A stretch of DNA of 64,000 nucleotides from Thalia democratica (GCA_965202585.1 OZ241832.1:17422001-17486000); one strand, 5' to 3'. Numbered from the stretch's first letter, positions 33,980 through 48,583 are shown. The notes: generated by a model not told the origin, from the letters alone. Numbers and translations are program-made.

Positions 33980-35077
33980 ATGAGGAAACCTAAACGACTC
34001 CTCAAAGTTTTTATGGTAGTATTTATGGTAACTGTAATTAGTTATCATAGTGATAAGAAGGGTGTCTGTCGACGTAGTCGTGGTAAAATATCCAGTCAGA
34101 AAAAATTAACTGAATAAAATCCTTTCGATATTTTGGTACCTGATGTAACGACATTACTTCTATATGGCAACTAGATTGAAAGTACCAAGCAACTAACTTT
34201 CATCTGGGTTTTTCAAAAAATTCCAGACCGTTGAACTGCATAACAACCGTTTAAATAAGGTTCCTATAACCCTAAAAACTAGTAAAAGTTAGAATTTGAT
34301 TCAAAAAATTAGCATGATAGACAAAGACTTCACAGTTTAAGAGAGCTAAAAATGTTGTCGTTGAGATCAAACAAATAAAACAACGCTTAGTTTGAGTTGA
34401 ACACTTTCTCTGAGAACAATAAATTAGAGGATCTCAACTTAGACTTTAACTAACCTTGATTTATACCTAAAAACCTGCCACGAAGCCTAAAAAGGTTGAC
34501 ATTTAAAAACAATTCAATAGTTAGTATTCGAAGACAGCTCTTGGATCATTTGGTTAACTCACGATTTCTAATGATTGAACATAACTTAATCACTAATATG
34601 CAAATCGAAAAGAACCCATTTTTTCACTTAAACAATCTTTAAGATTTAAACTTTCAAATTAAAAGCTGACAGACACAACAGGTCTTCCGTACACTCATAA
34701 GAATTTATACAACTTTAAACACCATAGCAACCATGCTGACTACAACACCCAGTGCGCGAACCGAACTTACGCAGAGTGCGCGTCGTATTATTTGTCACAA
34801 CAGCGACATTCAACGAGATAACCCACAATCAATCAGCTCACTCCACCCATGTTTCAACCCAGGGACGATGATTGTTACCATGACAACCGAGGCGCGGCTG
34901 TTGATGTTACAAGAGAGTTCCAGTCGTTGCTGCCTGGCACAAAGAACTCTCCTGCGTTTGAAGTTCAGCATGTTCCGGTTAGAAATTCTCCTAATAGGAG
35001 AAACCTTCTGTCACCTTTAAATGAAATTAACAAAGATTGTCTTCACCTCTGAGCCATGACACAATCAATGTGACTAA
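33980..35077 (+). pseudogene. FLRT-like pseudogene B, main exon (premature stops, frameshifts, ~963-bp internal deletion)
   Basis: Clearly homologous to 11793-13858. First stop TAA at 34115-34117, with further stops and frameshifts. LRR9 sequence is joined directly to the cytoplasmic tail at ~34710-34720. Confidence 0.9.
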
Positions 35078-37842
35078 GTTAGAACTGTTTTATTTTTAAT
35101 TTTTATAACATTATAAAATATATTTAAGTCCTATTTTCATAAATTTTTTTACCCTTTAGTACTACAGGACTATTTGAAACTTGAAAAAACTTCCAATAAA
35201 ACTCTCTTTGTAAGCTCTACTCTCTCTGTAAGACTATATAAGAGTATATTTTTTAGTTCAGTGATATGTTATCATATATCATTAGCTATTGTTTTAAAGT
35301 CGAACTGAAGTTCAGTGACAGCTGAAAAAGTCTGCACTTAAACTTTAAACATCTTTAACTAATATTCAATTGGTCAGCTGGCTTGTGTGAAAACCGCAAA
35401 AATGCCGACACTTTACAAGCTTGTTTGTTTGTAGCAACAATTAACATGATGCTGAGTTGAAAAGCATCTTGCCGACCGATTATCATTGTGACGTCATAAA
35501 GATAAAAGGGTAAGTTGTGAGGATAGTTTAGTCGAGGGCCCTCAAAGTATCCTATACAATTAACTTTCCTCTTTTCTTTTAGAAACAGCGTTTTTGTCTT
35601 TTGAGTTTCGTTGTGTTCTACAAAAAATTTTCAGCAGACAAATGATTGCAGAAGTTTAAAAATTTTCAAATGTTTTTTTTTGCAAGCATGTTAACGATCT
35701 CAAAATAAAGTTAATTTATGTAAAATTAAAATAAGCAGAGTCTAGAATAAATTAAAAATATATAGTGCTTGCAGTAAAAAGAGAGTCTATAATTACAACT
35801 TTGTGAAAAAGCATTTTTTGCTTGTCATGTATAATTTTCTCAAACTAATTAAGTTCTTAAAGGATTTATAATGTTTTTAAAAAGTTTTATGTTTTTTTTT
35901 TTCAAAACTTCATTAGCTTTTTAATAGTTAGCTTTTAATCTTATGTTTTTAACTTTTTACATGCAAACTTTCTAAATTCAAGCATAATAAATTATTTACT
36001 GTAGTTTAAAGCTAATAAAGAACTTTTATAAAGTTTAAAGAAAACCTTTTACATAAAAGTGTTTTTATTGTTTTTAATTCGGTGGTAAAAACTGTTTTTA
36101 TAAATTTTAACTTCTTGCCTTAGGCACTATAATCTTTAAACTTTTAAAGTACTTTTGAAAATAACTTTTTGAAAACAAAATATAATAAACGTTTTCACCT
36201 TTATATATACTTTTCTTAATAAATTAGCTTTGCCTACAACATACTATACAAAATTTATCAAAGTTTATGCTCTTTGTACTAAGTTTAAAACGACTATACG
36301 GTATAAAATTAAGAAAAAAAGTTCAAATTTTATTATATCTACATAATTTAATAGTTTGGCTAAACAACCCATTTTTGAATTATTTTTTGAAAATGCTATA
36401 TAACATGTTTTTCAAATTTTAAAGTTTTGAATAGTATAGCTGGGAAAATTTTTTGAAGATGAAAAACTAAGACGCCGAAATACTTTTTGATCTCTATACA
36501 ATTGCAAAATGGCCCATTATCTAAATGTGCCATAAAGTAAATGACAGTTTAAAAAATACAAATTGGTCTTTTTGTGTTCTACCTTCTCACACCAAGGTCT
36601 AAACGATTTGCAAGATTTTAATCTGTTTTTCTTTACTAGTTGTTGCTGGAAAATTCAGAAAATTAAAAATAATTTAAGTTTAACAAATACTTCTAAATTC
36701 ATATATTCTAATTCGTATAAACCTCCCTTTTTATATATTTTTGCAAATAATTTTTGAAATTTTTGCTTAAATCATAAACTCCTGATTGTACAGATTGTTG
36801 GCAACAATACACAACAAGCATGTAACATCATGTGACCCTTAACATTTTCTAAACAAAATCTTAATCAGTATAATTGTCATTCATGTTGTTTTAAAGTTTA
36901 CTAGCAACTCTTGCTGATAAGTTAGTTTCTTACAAAAAGCTGTAAAGTATAGAAATCAGTAGTATACTTTATAGTTGTTACATTGAACAATATTATGCAA
37001 CTAAGTATATTAGAAAAACGTTTTTAACTAAGTTTTTTTAATATTTTTGACCATTAGCTCTCACTGATCAATTTGTTTTTGTCATAGATCTAGTGGCCTT
37101 TATTTTGCACTGATTATGAGTCACAATAAAATATGAAGTATTTTATTTGTTGTCAACCTCATTACCAATTTCATGGTCAGTAACAACGAGATTTATATTT
37201 TTGATAAAAGTTTGTCACATCACACCAAACAAACTGATGAATTAATGCGTACATGAATAATTAAAGAAACTATTTAAAAGACTCTAAGGTTAAAATATAG
37301 TTTGCGTAAACATATATACAATACAACTAAACTGTCGAGGTTAAAAGTTTAAAAGGAACCAATAGATACATAAAATACTGGAAAAAAACTTAATGATAAC
37401 ATTGTGTGATTGTGGGATGAAAGTGACTAATGTTACGTCATACTGTGTATTTGTAAGAGAATTTGCACTTAAAAACCTGTTTTTAGAAGCTCTTACACAT
37501 TACATGGCTGGCATTTTATCTAGTAACACTTTTACTTGATGTTGCTCATAACAATTGACTTACCACACTCAACAGCCTTTTTAAAATAGCATGTTGTATG
37601 AAATTATTTCGATATATGGAAGTTGATCGGTTTGAGTATTCTTATATAAATAATTTGTTGTTTCGACGCATTTGAGTTGGTTGTAACAATGAATATAGAA
37701 GTGTGTGAAAATAAATTATTGCTAGCTTGTAAACAATCAATACTAAAACATCATATTTAGAATTAATTTCATTTTAATTTGTTTGAGAACTAATGTTGAA
37801 AGTTTACTATAATTAGATTATATATATCTAATCGTTTTGTAG

Positions 37843-38087
37843 CGATCTGGATGGGCCAGTCACACTGTAAACTCAATACGAGTCCAGTCCTTCAGCTGGA
37901 CACCAAGTTTCTATGACAACGCACAACAACTACGTCAGACACAATGACGTTATAATTCTGGTAGACTACCTGATACGTTATTCGTCATCAGTGACATTAC
38001 CGCTGTTCTACGCAACAGTTGGACGTTGTCACGTGACATGAGTATCAGTAGGTCAACCAGAACGATATCAACTGGTACGAAAGATGA
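37843..38087 (+). pseudogene. FLRT-like pseudogene B, terminal exon
   Basis: Acceptor cgttttgtag| is retained and the exon is homologous to 16872-17139 (ends WYER*), but it has an early in-frame TAA and indels. Confidence 0.8.
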
Positions 38088-40753
38088 CGTCTTTATAAAG
38101 GTTGCTAAGCAACCACTTAGGAAACGACCACTAGGCGGCTCTAAATTGCTGATGAACAACGAACGATGAACATTAAAAATGTATGATCAGGTTCAGATTA
38201 CTATGCAACTGAATCATCACTAGAATTTTTTTGGAATTTAGAAATAGTTAATTTTATTTAGGTCAGACTGTAAAAAGCAGCTTTAGAATTATTTAAAGAT
38301 ATCCATGCAGTGGATTTTAATTAGTTAAACAATAATTTAAATTCTCCTTCTCTCGATTTTTTAACACTTTTAACACTGCTTATTACCAAGTCAAGCTTAG
38401 GTAATTTTAAAGGGATTTCCTTTTCGGGTGTTTTAGTTAAGTGTAAAATTAATTTACAGATAGACATCAAGTTGTAATTAAGATGAAAACTAGAACGTTC
38501 CTTAGTGCCTCCTGAACAAGGTGATAAGATAACCGACTAGAAATCTATCGTTAGACCCCGAGGATGATGCTAGACAAGTTTCGGAATCGTTTTAAAGGTG
38601 TTGGTTGTCATGGTGGATTTTTATGGTGTTTTTTTTTTCCAACTGAAGTCGTTTTAATATTAAAAAAATCTAAGTGCAGGCTTAATAGATTTATCAAAAT
38701 TTGCTATTACTATAGTAATACAATTACCAAAGAACATATTTATACAGTTTTTTTAAGCTTATATTTATACTTTCAAATCTTATTCAATTCATTAGTATTT
38801 TTTGTTGTGATGCAGAACACGAAAGCATCTTAATATTCATCTTTGTACGATTTACAAACAAAAAGTTATTTTTCTATGTTTTTAGTAAAAAATTTTTCTT
38901 TATTTAGCTATAAGTTTAAAATTATTAAACCCAAATAAAGGGGCCAAAACTTTTAAATGGTTTTAGCATATAATATTTGCCGTACAAATGTGCTCTTATA
39001 TTTGTTATTAAATCGTTTGAAATTTGTTGCTTTTCATTGCCATAAAATTTTTTCTTTATTCGTACTTTTTTTAATTATTTTTGTTGTAAAAATTGTACTT
39101 AACTTTTTTACCAGAAAAAAAACTTTTACTCACCAGTTGGTTAATATACAAATACAATATGTGACTTATCTATTATAGCTAATCAAATTTTAATTATGCA
39201 AAATTTTTAAATAATCATATTTTAAATTCTACAGTGATAAAAAAAGAAAATATTTTGCCAATATTTTTAATCATTAGTTTTTTACAGTATTCTAATTACT
39301 TTTGTTGTCGATTAAAAACTAACAAAAAATACAAAGTTTTAAGTCTGGTTATTGTTATAAAAAACATTTAAGTTTAATACTAACATACTTACTTTCCAGT
39401 AAAACAAAATGATAGATCTGATATGTTATATAAAGTTACCTTATAAAAGCACAATTATTGCAGTATTTTAAAAGTCTTCAGTTAAAGTAAATTAAAAGTT
39501 AAAATTGCATAACTTTACTGCAAAATTAAGTATCACTTTGTATATATTTTTTAATTAAAAAATCATGTTTAGTTAGACTTTGAGTGGTTGTAAGTTTAAT
39601 GTAGTTCTTAAGTATTGTCTTAGACTATTTGTGTTCAAAATAAACAAAATTAGAAGTAAGTTTTATTTCAAGCTACACTTAATTTAGTATTTTAGATATT
39701 AGAGTACATTAGTTATTTCATACAGAATATAAAAGCGTTAAATTAGTTTTACCATTTTCTAGACTTTAAACTTATAATGAGAAGTGAAATAGATTTTTAT
39801 AAAAATAGAATGTACTACACGTGCATTAAAATAAAAATACGAAATGAAATTGCGACGTATATCATCAAAAATTTTACACACTCATGTTCGATTGATAAAA
39901 ATCGCTTAATGTGTGTAGCTAGTAGAAACACTTAAAAAATTACTGTAAAACTTTGTAAATTTTTACATTTAATCTAGGTACTTTTTTTATTTTTTTGAAA
40001 AGTATGACATACATAAGTTTATTTTAGTTTAAATTGGTTTTAGTTTATTGTTTTCTCACGGTCTTTTGTATAGATAAAAATTCTTAGGATTTTTATTTGC
40101 TTTGCAATCATGTTCTAGTGTTTGTCTTATGAATAATAAAGTGTTAATGGCAAGAGTGAATATTTCTCCTATATGCTTATGGAAGTTTGACAAAACCACA
40201 ATCATTTTTATTGTAAGCTGTCTGTAACGCACATTTGTTTTTTTCGCTATTTAAATTACAAAAGTATTTTTTATAGTAACATGTTTAGTTAAGTTTTTTC
40301 ATTATATAATGTAGTAAAAGCATTTTTAATAGAGCAAATGAATGTAGGTATTTATAAGTCTGTTAAAAAACAAAACTCTTTTTTACTATTAACTTTGTTT
40401 TCGTTTAACAGTGTCTATATATAAAACCATGGTTATATAGTATAAATGTAAAATAATTGTATCATTGGTCTTTAAAGTAATTAATTTCATCATTCACAAT
40501 TTTGTATATCTATGATAGGTCCTAGCTATATAGATTACAATACAAAATCAAACCTTTTATAGTATTTGTTTACTTGTTTACACTATATTGTATACAACTT
40601 GATTTATAATAGTTGTCATTGTTGTATTTGACTGTCAATTGTTTAATGTGAGTTTACTTTTTTAGAATTCCCTTATTTAGAAACTTAAAAAACTAAGTAT
40701 ATAGTATAAGTTTAACTTTAAAGTAATGAACTGTTAATTTGTTAACAATTCAA

Positions 40754-41026
40754 TCGTGCAAAAGTGCAACCCGTACAAAACTGTCACTCGGGAAAAATTG
40801 AAGCATTGTGAAAAAGTTAAGTCTTATAAAAGTGACACCTGTACAAAAGTGACGCTTAGCAAAGTGACGCTTAGAAAAAGTAACTCTTTTTGCATATTTG
40901 ACACATGTACAAAAGTGACGTTAGTAAGAGTAACTCTTTTTGCACAACTGACACCCGTGCAAAAGTTAAGCCGTGAACAAGTGATGCTTTGCAAAAAACA
41001 GTGTGAAAAGTGACTGTTTGCAAAGC
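40754..41026. repeat. Degenerate ~15-bp minisatellite (tg(t/c)(a)caaaagtgac-type) inserted only in unit 2
   Basis: Repeated caaaagtgac/aaagtgac/aagtaactctttttgca motifs; absent at the homologous position of unit 1 (~20745). Confidence 0.7.
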
Positions 41027-44000
41027 ATATCTATCCATCTTTTAACAACTGATTTGCTGAAGTAATTTTAAGGAAGGTTTTTTAAACTATAACTCTAAAA
41101 CTATACTTGTCTTTTATTTTTATGCCGCCTTCAATGACATGATCAATCTTTAGCAAACTAAAAAGTGAAACATCATTAATACGAGGTGTCGTTAGCAGAT
41201 ACCAAATTTAAATTAAACAAACATTTTAAACTGGTTAATGAAGAAATATTCTCATGTACTTGACACTGATAAGATTCTTATGTTCAAATTAATAATTAAG
41301 TGTATAGTAGCGGAATATAATACTTACATGAGCAGATTGTTGTAAAATAATCAATTTTGTCTATCAATTAAATTTCAAATATCTACTGTTTAAAAACTTT
41401 CACAAAAATCAATATAACAGCAGAAACACTTTTTAAAGCTGCAATAAGTTTGCGCATACTCTACTCACTTTTAAAAAGTATGGAGTTTTTAAACAGTTTG
41501 TTAAATGGTAAACAATGAAGCTAAAACTCTTATATACAACATAGAAAGTAAATTTGTTTTGAATTTTATGATTCTACGCTTACTTCAAAACTTCTAACAA
41601 ATGTTTTACATAAAAATTTAATATAAATAATGTATCTTTTTAAATATTGACCCCAAAAAGACATGAGTATTTATGACTTTTCTTCAAAAAATTAAAAAAA
41701 TACTAGACTGTCAAGATATTTTATCCTCGTTTTATCAAGAAATTCATTGGTTTTCATTCAATTTTTTTTACCTTCAAAATATTGTCCAAAAGAATTTCTT
41801 GTATCAACATTTAGTTTCTCTGTTATGCTTTTGATGATAAACAATACATTAGACAATTGATGATGATATAAAGAACAAAAGAAAATCAGCAGCAATCTGA
41901 TTAACAGGGAGAGACCACAAGCATTATAACGTAATAAAGGCTGATAATGGTTTAAACTTTTGAACATCAGTTCAAGTATGTTAAACTAAATAAAAAAGTT
42001 GAAGGTAAGAATAATATTTTAGTACAAATTTCACTAATTATAGATTCATTATTTTATGGATATATAAAAATAGTCCGTATTTTAGACTTAAAAATTAAAT
42101 AAACGGGGCAACTCAGAAATGTGATTGTGATTAAGACTTTTACGGCACATTGTAACAAATTAAAGTATGAAAAGCATGTTTGGTCGACCCTTAAAAACTT
42201 GTAACTTTGTAGTTAACCTTATAAGTACATAGAGATTATTTAACCTCATACATAAAAAACCGAAAGTATAATCCAAAAGTGTGACAACTACAAAAAACGC
42301 CATAACTTAATACTTTTAAGCATTTTAGCTAGAGCAACCGACAAAAAAGTTTAAATTTGATCTTTACACCACTTATACTTGCCGGCAAACACATGTTGCT
42401 ATTTTGACGTTACATTAAGGCTAAATACTTCATGATGACGTCACACACGAGACGTATGCGGCGTGTTTACTATCTGTATATGTTTTGCTGCATTTTGTCG
42501 TGAGAAATACGTTTGGTTAGATAAAATTTATTGCCTTGCAGAAGCTGGAGGTTGTTGATAAAATAAATAAATCCATCAAAATAATAGTATATTTGAAATA
42601 TGCCTTTAACATCACTTTTTTATAAGTATTATTACATATTGTAGTTTGGTTTAAAGCAAAACCTGAAAAAATAACTGCCAGTAAATCAAATAAAAAAGTG
42701 CTGCTAAAAATACAACAGATCTGTTGTTTAAAACTTCAAATCTATGATCTAAAATTTGTTCTTCTACGCATAATAGTTTATGTAATAATTCATACAATTA
42801 GTAATCATGAAAATTGTCGTAAATTGTTTTATAATTTGCTTACTGCTTAAATTATAAAACTACACTGCCTAAAAATTCATTAAATGAAGTTTAAATACAG
42901 CTAATGAAAATAAAAATTTTTAAGCACTAAATGAAACAACTTGCTTGTAATCACTTTGATTTAAACTACCTACCGCTGTAATTACAACATATTTATGATG
43001 TCACGAAGGATTGTTATTGGTTTATATTGTGATGAAACGAAAAGATTATAATCATTGTTTATTTTGTGCATATTTGTTAAATGAACATGTCACCATTTCA
43101 ACAACAGTCATTTCAGAATTAATGAAAAAGGTTTATCTTTTTTGTTTAAAAACAGTTTGAAAAGATTATCTTTCACTACAGGCTTCAAAAGTTATTCAAG
43201 TGTAAAATAACTATAAAATAATATTAACTATTAGTAAAGTGTTAGTCATTAAGCTACTTTAGTTATTAGAAGAAATGAAAATCCTTGAATAAACTCTAAC
43301 TAACAAATATAACTTGTAGCTAGTTTTATAAAAACTACAAACTACAAAGACATACAATATAAAGTTTTATGAAGCATGCACTAAAACAACTTTGAACTTG
43401 TCACATATATTTTGCATCTCAAATTTTAGTTGTGTTAGCTATCAAATTACTAAAATACGGAAACTAAAAGAAAATTCTTGAGGTATAAAAGTTTTGAAAT
43501 ATTTAATGTCAAACTTCGTACATGAATAAAACATTAAGATATAAAAGTTTCTATACTAATTAATTTTAAAGCTATTTCAAAGAAAAAATCATTTAAAATG
43601 TTTCATAGTTTTTAAGCATTTAAAACTTTTTGATCAATTAACAAAATTTCTGTTGTATAGATTTTTTTTAATAAAAAAAAAGAAAAAAAAAGGACAAACT
43701 TGATTTAATGTTGTATAAAAAGTAAAGCTTTTTATTTAATTTTAAAACATATAACAAAAAAGAACAAGATGATACTTTACTTATACAATAAACTTTCAAA
43801 ACTTTGATTAGAGCTGTTTAAATAATTTTATAACAAGTGTTATCCGTTTGTGTAAGTATAAGATACTCTTAAACTGTAATCGTAATAAATAATAACTATT
43901 CATACGTTTAGTATTGTGAACGACATTTGCATTTTAGAAAACAACACATTATTTTGTTGTATTTAAATCTCGAAATTTAAGTTTATGTAAAACTTAATAA

Positions 44001-46556
44001 TGTTAAAGATGATAAAGTGACAGCTTATCTATAACATTTAACTTTTTCTGTAAACAACCTTCGCTAAACTTTAAAAATAGTTTACTTTCAATATTTTTAT
44101 TTGCAGTAAAATATTTCATATCAAGACACAACAAGTTTTATGTGTTTTACTGAGATTACTTTCAAAAATACACTATTAATTTTGAAAAATACTAAAGCTC
44201 GTATTTATAAAAGTGTTTTAATAAGCTGAAAAAATAACTGTATTTTAAAAATTTCTTAAAATTCTCAATTAGCTTCAAATTACCTTTAAATTACTAAGAA
44301 AACTTAATTCGAAATTTGACCAAACAAGTATACAAAAGGTTTTATATTTTTACATAAAATTATCTTATCACAAAATATTTTAAAAGTTTTATCTTTATCA
44401 GCATCAAAATTTAAAATTATACTTTTCGATACAAAATATTAGATTGTTAACCATAAAACTTAAACATTTCAGAAATAATCAAACTTAAACTTTGGTTTTA
44501 ACTTTGAGTTTACTTTATTAATTATACTATTAGAGTTATCAAGTAGTTTTAGTTCATAAATTTATCATTATTTCTAAATTATATAAATACGTGTAAATTT
44601 TTTATCTATTATGTTTTTTTTTTTAAATAATTGTTTAAACAAGTAATATCTGTAACAAAAAAGATTAAAAGATTTAAATACGAGAAAACTGCATTGATTA
44701 TTGTTTTCAAAGACTTTAATAACATTTTTTAACAGTATAGGAAAAAGACGGAAGTATAACTATTGTAATTTAGGTTACGCTTAGCATCTGCTTAATTTCA
44801 ACCAAATTGGTCTATTAAGAGTCGTTTTAAAAATAATTCATATATCAGACAGAACCACTAAAATCATTTGAGTATTCACCTGGATTCAAGATGACATAAA
44901 ACGAGAGAAATCATTAACATAAGAGAATTGAAAGAAAGTAGAAATCAGTGACGCGTAAAATATGAAGCGTATTTGTGATCACTACCTTGTGGTAGAAGTT
45001 GAAGTTTGCAGAAAAAATTTGACTGTCTCAACAAATTAGTTTTGCTTTGTTGGTGGCAGTTACAAATTATTTTATTGGTTGTGATTTTGATTTCGTTTAG
45101 ATAGCTCTTTATTAAAATTTTTTATCCACGAATTTCTTTTAGTGATTGTTTTATTTTTCCTATAATAGACAATAAGCTTTTTTAGTACTTAAAAAGGTTA
45201 AGTTTGTGTAAACTATGTATGTTTGAGTGTGCCAAAATATTAGATTTTAAAAGAAATATTATATTTCGATTTATAAATACACACACTAAAATTTATACAG
45301 TGCAGTTGTAAAATTCGATAATTAAGTGAGAACTAAAATACAACTTTAATCTATTTGCGTTCCAAATGGTGTATTATATAAGCTTGATAGTAAAATAGTT
45401 TCTTTTAAAACCTAACATTTAAGCATTTTCAAAATACCTTAACAAACAAAATTAAATCAAACCTAACTTAAACTATATCTCAAAACACAACTTTAGTACT
45501 TTTACGTTTAGTTTGTGAACTAAATTTATACTTCAGCTTTTGTTTGAACCATCTTTGGTGAACAGTTAAAGCGTTTTATGAGTTTAATGTTTTGTTGAAG
45601 CCTCACAAAGTTAATTGTTAGCTAAATATTTGCCTTTACTTTAGTTAATTGTTTGTTTGTCTTAATTTTTTTTTATACAGCATATGTCGTTTTTACTTAA
45701 AAACTTAGCATATGCTTTGAAATGATGTAAAAGTCAGGTACTAGTCTGTGTTTTTTCGGTATTTTTTTCCGAATTTAAAACCAGTATGGAAACTTAATTA
45801 AACTTTATATAACGTTTTCTGAAAAAACTAAAACTTTTTTTTAAAACTGTGTGCTTATAAAAGAATATTAGGAAAATGGATTAAACTCTCCAACTTATAC
45901 TTTTTATATAAACTAAATATGACCATAACTGTTTAAAATTACAGGTCTTATAAACACCGAATCGACATAAACTAATTTGTTAAAGTTTTTAAAGCTTATT
46001 TTTTAAATTTTATACAAGTTTAATGCGTTTTGATGACGTAACTTTATAAAATAAAGTCGAAAACAGCCGGGTTTAAAGGGAACTGTGCAAGTCTCTTCAG
46101 TAAAATAATCTTGTTGCAAAGCTTCTATGTAAATACAAGTTTACTTTGCTTTATTGGTAATGTTTTGAAAAATATTAAGTTGGAACTGCTTGAATTGGGA
46201 AGCTTGTTTTTTTATATAATTGTTATTTGATGGCTCTAGTAATTTAGCATATTTTTATCTTTTGGCTAAAAGCTTTCAAAAGTTTTTTGATATTTTTATT
46301 GTTGTTGTTATTCGACTAAAGTTGGATACGACTACTTTAAAGCTTTTAAGTTTATTAACAAAATTTCAACAAAAACTTTTACTTACACAATTTTAAAGAT
46401 ATGTAAGTTTTTTATCAGTGTACTTTTGACATAGAGATTTAACATAAGTTTAGTATGCGATTTATTCTTAAATTAAATTATATATATACAGATATACTAA
46501 AATACCAGATTATTAATAGCTTTATACCAACATTAACTAATTAGTCACCGTACAAT

Positions 46557-46711
46557 AAGTCAAAATACAAAAATCTACTTTAAAGAGGCGACTTAAGATG
46601 TTGCAGTGTTTAGTGTAAACTCGGCAGGAGAGAAAAATCCAGTTTACAAAACAATAACGCGGAAAATCATTCAAGCGTGAAACGAGCCCCCATATCAGGT
46701 TACCTGTTTTT
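46557..46711. promoter_or_regulatory. Conserved non-coding element C, unit 3 copy
   Basis: 153/155 identical to 3419-3573. Confidence 0.55.
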
Positions 46712-48486
46712 AGTATTGACAAAACGAACTACAAAAAATTTATATTATATAGCATACTTTTTTCTTTCAAAATTATGGTTTACTTTAATTTTCAATACGT
46801 TTTACTTTCTGATAATTTTAGATGATTAAAAAATTAGTGGGATTATGCTCACAAAAAATTCGAATTAAACGCTAAATTTTTTAAGTGGCAACTTTCTAGT
46901 TTCTTTATAACATGAAAGTTACTGCTGTGAAAAAGCACTTGAAAAACTCTCGAAAAAATCTGATTAAATACAGTATTGTGCTAATGTGTAGCTGATAAAA
47001 AAAAATACGATTTAACTTGAACCAATCGACTACAATAATTTGTCGAGATTCAAAGCGTTAGGAATTAAAGCTTCTAATGAAAGTTAATTTTAGATTTATT
47101 TAGTTTTTTTATCTGATTTAAAATTTAATTACATTGAAGAATATTTTTCTAATAATAGTTAATTTCTTTCAATATTATATATGTCATTAATTTAATTTAT
47201 AATTTATAGTTTGTTTTCAACACACCACAGTCGTTAAAAAAAACGTTGGGAGCGGTACTAAAAAATAATAAAAATATTTGCATTGTCACACAGAATTTTA
47301 TAACGGCTAATTCAGTAAGCTTCAAGTTGAAAGTTTTTATAAAAACAACATGCCACCAAAGAGAGTTTGAAATTAACAAAAGTTCGCTCTACAAATTTAC
47401 AAGCTTGAAATGCGATTATTACGTCATTGTACTTTGTTTACATTATATTTTGAAATTGTTACAACGGCTGTAAAACATGTTTAATTATTAGTATGTACTC
47501 GACTTGTTTTACATGTCATTTATATTTGAAATATACTGAAACTATTAGACGTGCGTTTGTTTTTTTGGGCGTATGTTTATATTTTGTTCTAAAATCGTTG
47601 CAGAAATGAAAAAATCAATTAAACTGATTTATCGGTCGCTATTAATACTACTACTTAAATTATTGATTATTAACTGTTTTATCTATGATATTGAATTGAG
47701 GTTTAAACAGTTATTTTACTCCGTTTTGTTTTGTTCACTTATTTTAAACTTAAACATTTAGAACAAAATATTTTAAATTGGTTTTAAAAGTCAAAAAGAT
47801 ATTTAAAAATATAACTTTTAGCCAAATAAGCCATTATGATATTGAAATTGCTTAAGAAGCTCTTCGCTAAGTGTGTATTTATTTAAATTACTTTGCAAAT
47901 AAAAACAAACGCAGGTTTTAGTGTCTCTGAAGTCAAAATAAAGATTGATTATCACATAAAAGAAATGATTGGCATCACGTTTGTTATTAAAACAAACTTT
48001 TTTATACCAATACTATATTCTAAATACAGCAAAAAACTTTTTATAGCTTTCATTCATTGAAACATCAAAACGATCACACTCAATTGTCTGTTTATATTTT
48101 TTCACTGTAATTAAAAAAAAAGTAAATAAAATAAAGCAGTTGTTACGAAAATTTAAATTTTCATGCATGTAAACAATAAACAAATTCGCGAAATTTTTAT
48201 GTTTCAATTTATGGGTTTACTTCGTGTCATTTAAAAATAAGTCAAAAATCTTCACAATTGTGTTTCAATATCTAAAGTAAGCAGTGTGTAGCATTCTGTA
48301 AAATATACACTTATGCACGTGCCAAGGAAACAGTAGGCGGAAATGTGATACTATACAACCGTCGACATAATACTGCTACAACATGAGTCTAAATTTAAAC
48401 ATAATCGATTAAGACGAATTGATTCACATTTATTTTTGTACAGAAACAAAAGATACATTCTACCTTTCTAAACTTTTAACCTTTTT

Positions 48487-48583
48487 ATTCCGATTACCAC
48501 GCTAGTCAGATCAACCAATTAACCTATATGCTCAGCTGTGTGCCTTTGATATCTCACCCCAATATTTCCATAGCAACTACAAG
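48487..48583 (+). other. Putative first exon of FLRT-like gene C
   Basis: 97-bp homolog of 6214-6310 with donor CAAG|GTAACT. Confidence 0.5.

Larger units (their letters stand above)
21960..42370 (+). repeat. Tandem segmental duplication unit 2 (~20.4 kb)
   Basis: Colinear with units 1 and 3 across many conserved blocks. Boundaries are approximate. Confidence 0.9.

Noticed and set aside
40754-41026. CRISPR-like array or coding repeat (ORF 40756-41013)
   Set aside because: Eukaryotic context, degenerate contiguous subunits without unique spacers, and the ORF simply reflects the repeat.
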